The notes under the pieces were generated by a model, which was given only the letters and a program-made list of their open reading frames with translations, was not told the DNA's origin and ran no database searches. The position numbers were made by a program, and so were the translations under genes. From an uncultured Microthrixaceae bacterium (GTDB lineage Bacteria; Actinomycetota; Acidimicrobiia; Acidimicrobiales; VFJN01): DNA of 64,000 nt. How positions within the stretch are numbered: position 1 is the stretch's first letter; the number at the start of each line of letters is the position of its first letter. Shown here piece by piece: positions 63,273 to 64,000 of the stretch. Where the stretch lies: contig CAVPEW010000047.1 of assembly GCA_963703565.1 (NCBI GenBank), positions 4,029-68,028 of the forward strand, in the 5' to 3' direction.

Positions 63273-64000
63273 TCACCCCGGTGGCCCGACCCGGTCCGCG
63301 GGCGCGTCGACGGAACCCTCAGCATAGAACGGCCCGGTGCTGGTCCCCGAAGCCAGGTCGGCGCCCGGTCCCAGCACGGCGAAGGGCCCGACGTGCGCGT
63401 CGTCACCTATGCGGGCCCGGGTGGCGCTGGTCTGGGCCAGCACGACCCGCGCCCCCACCTCGCAGTCCACGAGGTGGCACCCGGGCCCGATCTCGGTTCC
63501 GGGCCCGACCACGGTGCGACCCTGCAGGATCACCCCGGGGAACACGGTCACGTCGGCGCCGAGCTCGACGGTGGTGTCGAGGTAGGTGGTGGCGGGATCG
63601 ACCAGGGTGACCCCCGAACGCAGCCAGCGCTGCGCCGTGCGCCTCCGCAGCTCGGCCTCGGCGTTGGCGAGCTGGGCGCGGTCGTTCACGCCGCGGGTCT
63701 CGTCGGGGTCGGGAGCTACCAGCGTCGCCACCAGGTGGCCCGCCTCGGCGAGCACGCCCACCACGTCGGTGAGGTACAGCTCGCCCTGGGCGTTGTCGGG
63801 CAGCACCCTGCGCAACGCCGGAGCCAGCAGGCCCTGGCGAAAGCAGTAGATGGAGGTGTTGATCTCGTCGATCGCGAGCTCGTCGTCGGTCGCGTCGCGT
63901 TGCTCCACGACGCGCACCACGCGCTGATCGCGCCCACCGCGCACGATGCGCCCGTAGCCCGTGGGGTCGGGCAGGCGGGCGGTCAGCACCGTGGCCGCGG
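63273..64000 (-). CDS. glmU: GlmU, C-terminally short form (5' end outside the window)
   Basis: PTGYGRIVR, VEQRDA, EINTSIY, NAQGELYLTD, GVNDRAQL; left-handed beta-helix ends shortly after GPFA; upstream of prs. Confidence 0.9.
   Translation of the reverse strand, partial: AATVLTARLPDPTGYGRIVRGGRDQRVVRVVEQRDATDDELAIDEINTSIYCFRQGLLAPALRRVLPDNAQGELYLTDVVGVLAEAGHLVATLVAPDPDETRGVNDRAQLANAEAELRRRTAQRWLRSGVTLVDPATTYLDTTVELGADVTVFPGVILQGRTVVGPGTEIGPGCHLVDCEVGARVVLAQTSATRARIGDDAHVGPFAVLGPGADLASGTSTGPFYAEGSVDAPADRVGPPG

Overview
High-GC actinobacterial chromosome segment, most consistent with class Acidimicrobiia (inferred from gene content and protein style), about 58 CDS plus tRNA-Leu(UAA). Left to right it holds: (1) a suf operon (sufB, small 4-Cys ORF, sufD, Rieske ferredoxin, sufC); (2) a membrane-anchored SMC/YhaN-like protein with a degenerate Walker A; (3) an ethylmalonyl-CoA-pathway-like module (MaoC / mcd, mcl, mcl2); (4) head-to-head fumC and class I fumarase sharing overlapping -10 boxes; (5) mscR, ABC-F and a CoA-catabolic block ending at the tRNA; (6) a solo Cas4/RecB-like nuclease operon and a secreted M15 peptidase; (7) the conserved glmU-prs-rplY-pth-mfd-mazG-eno-divIC-DUF501-ppx region, in which a ~9.6 kb form II coxLSM-DE-xdhC-nuoF-mocA-coxG cluster sits between divIC and DUF501. 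GlmU lacks most of its acetyltransferase domain. Six genes carry +1 frameshifts, each repairable by removing one base to restore GAGCTC. This is most likely a methylation-linked long-read error rather than six pseudogenes. I saw no CRISPR array, integrase, transposase or rRNA. All family calls come from motif recognition by eye, not database searches.
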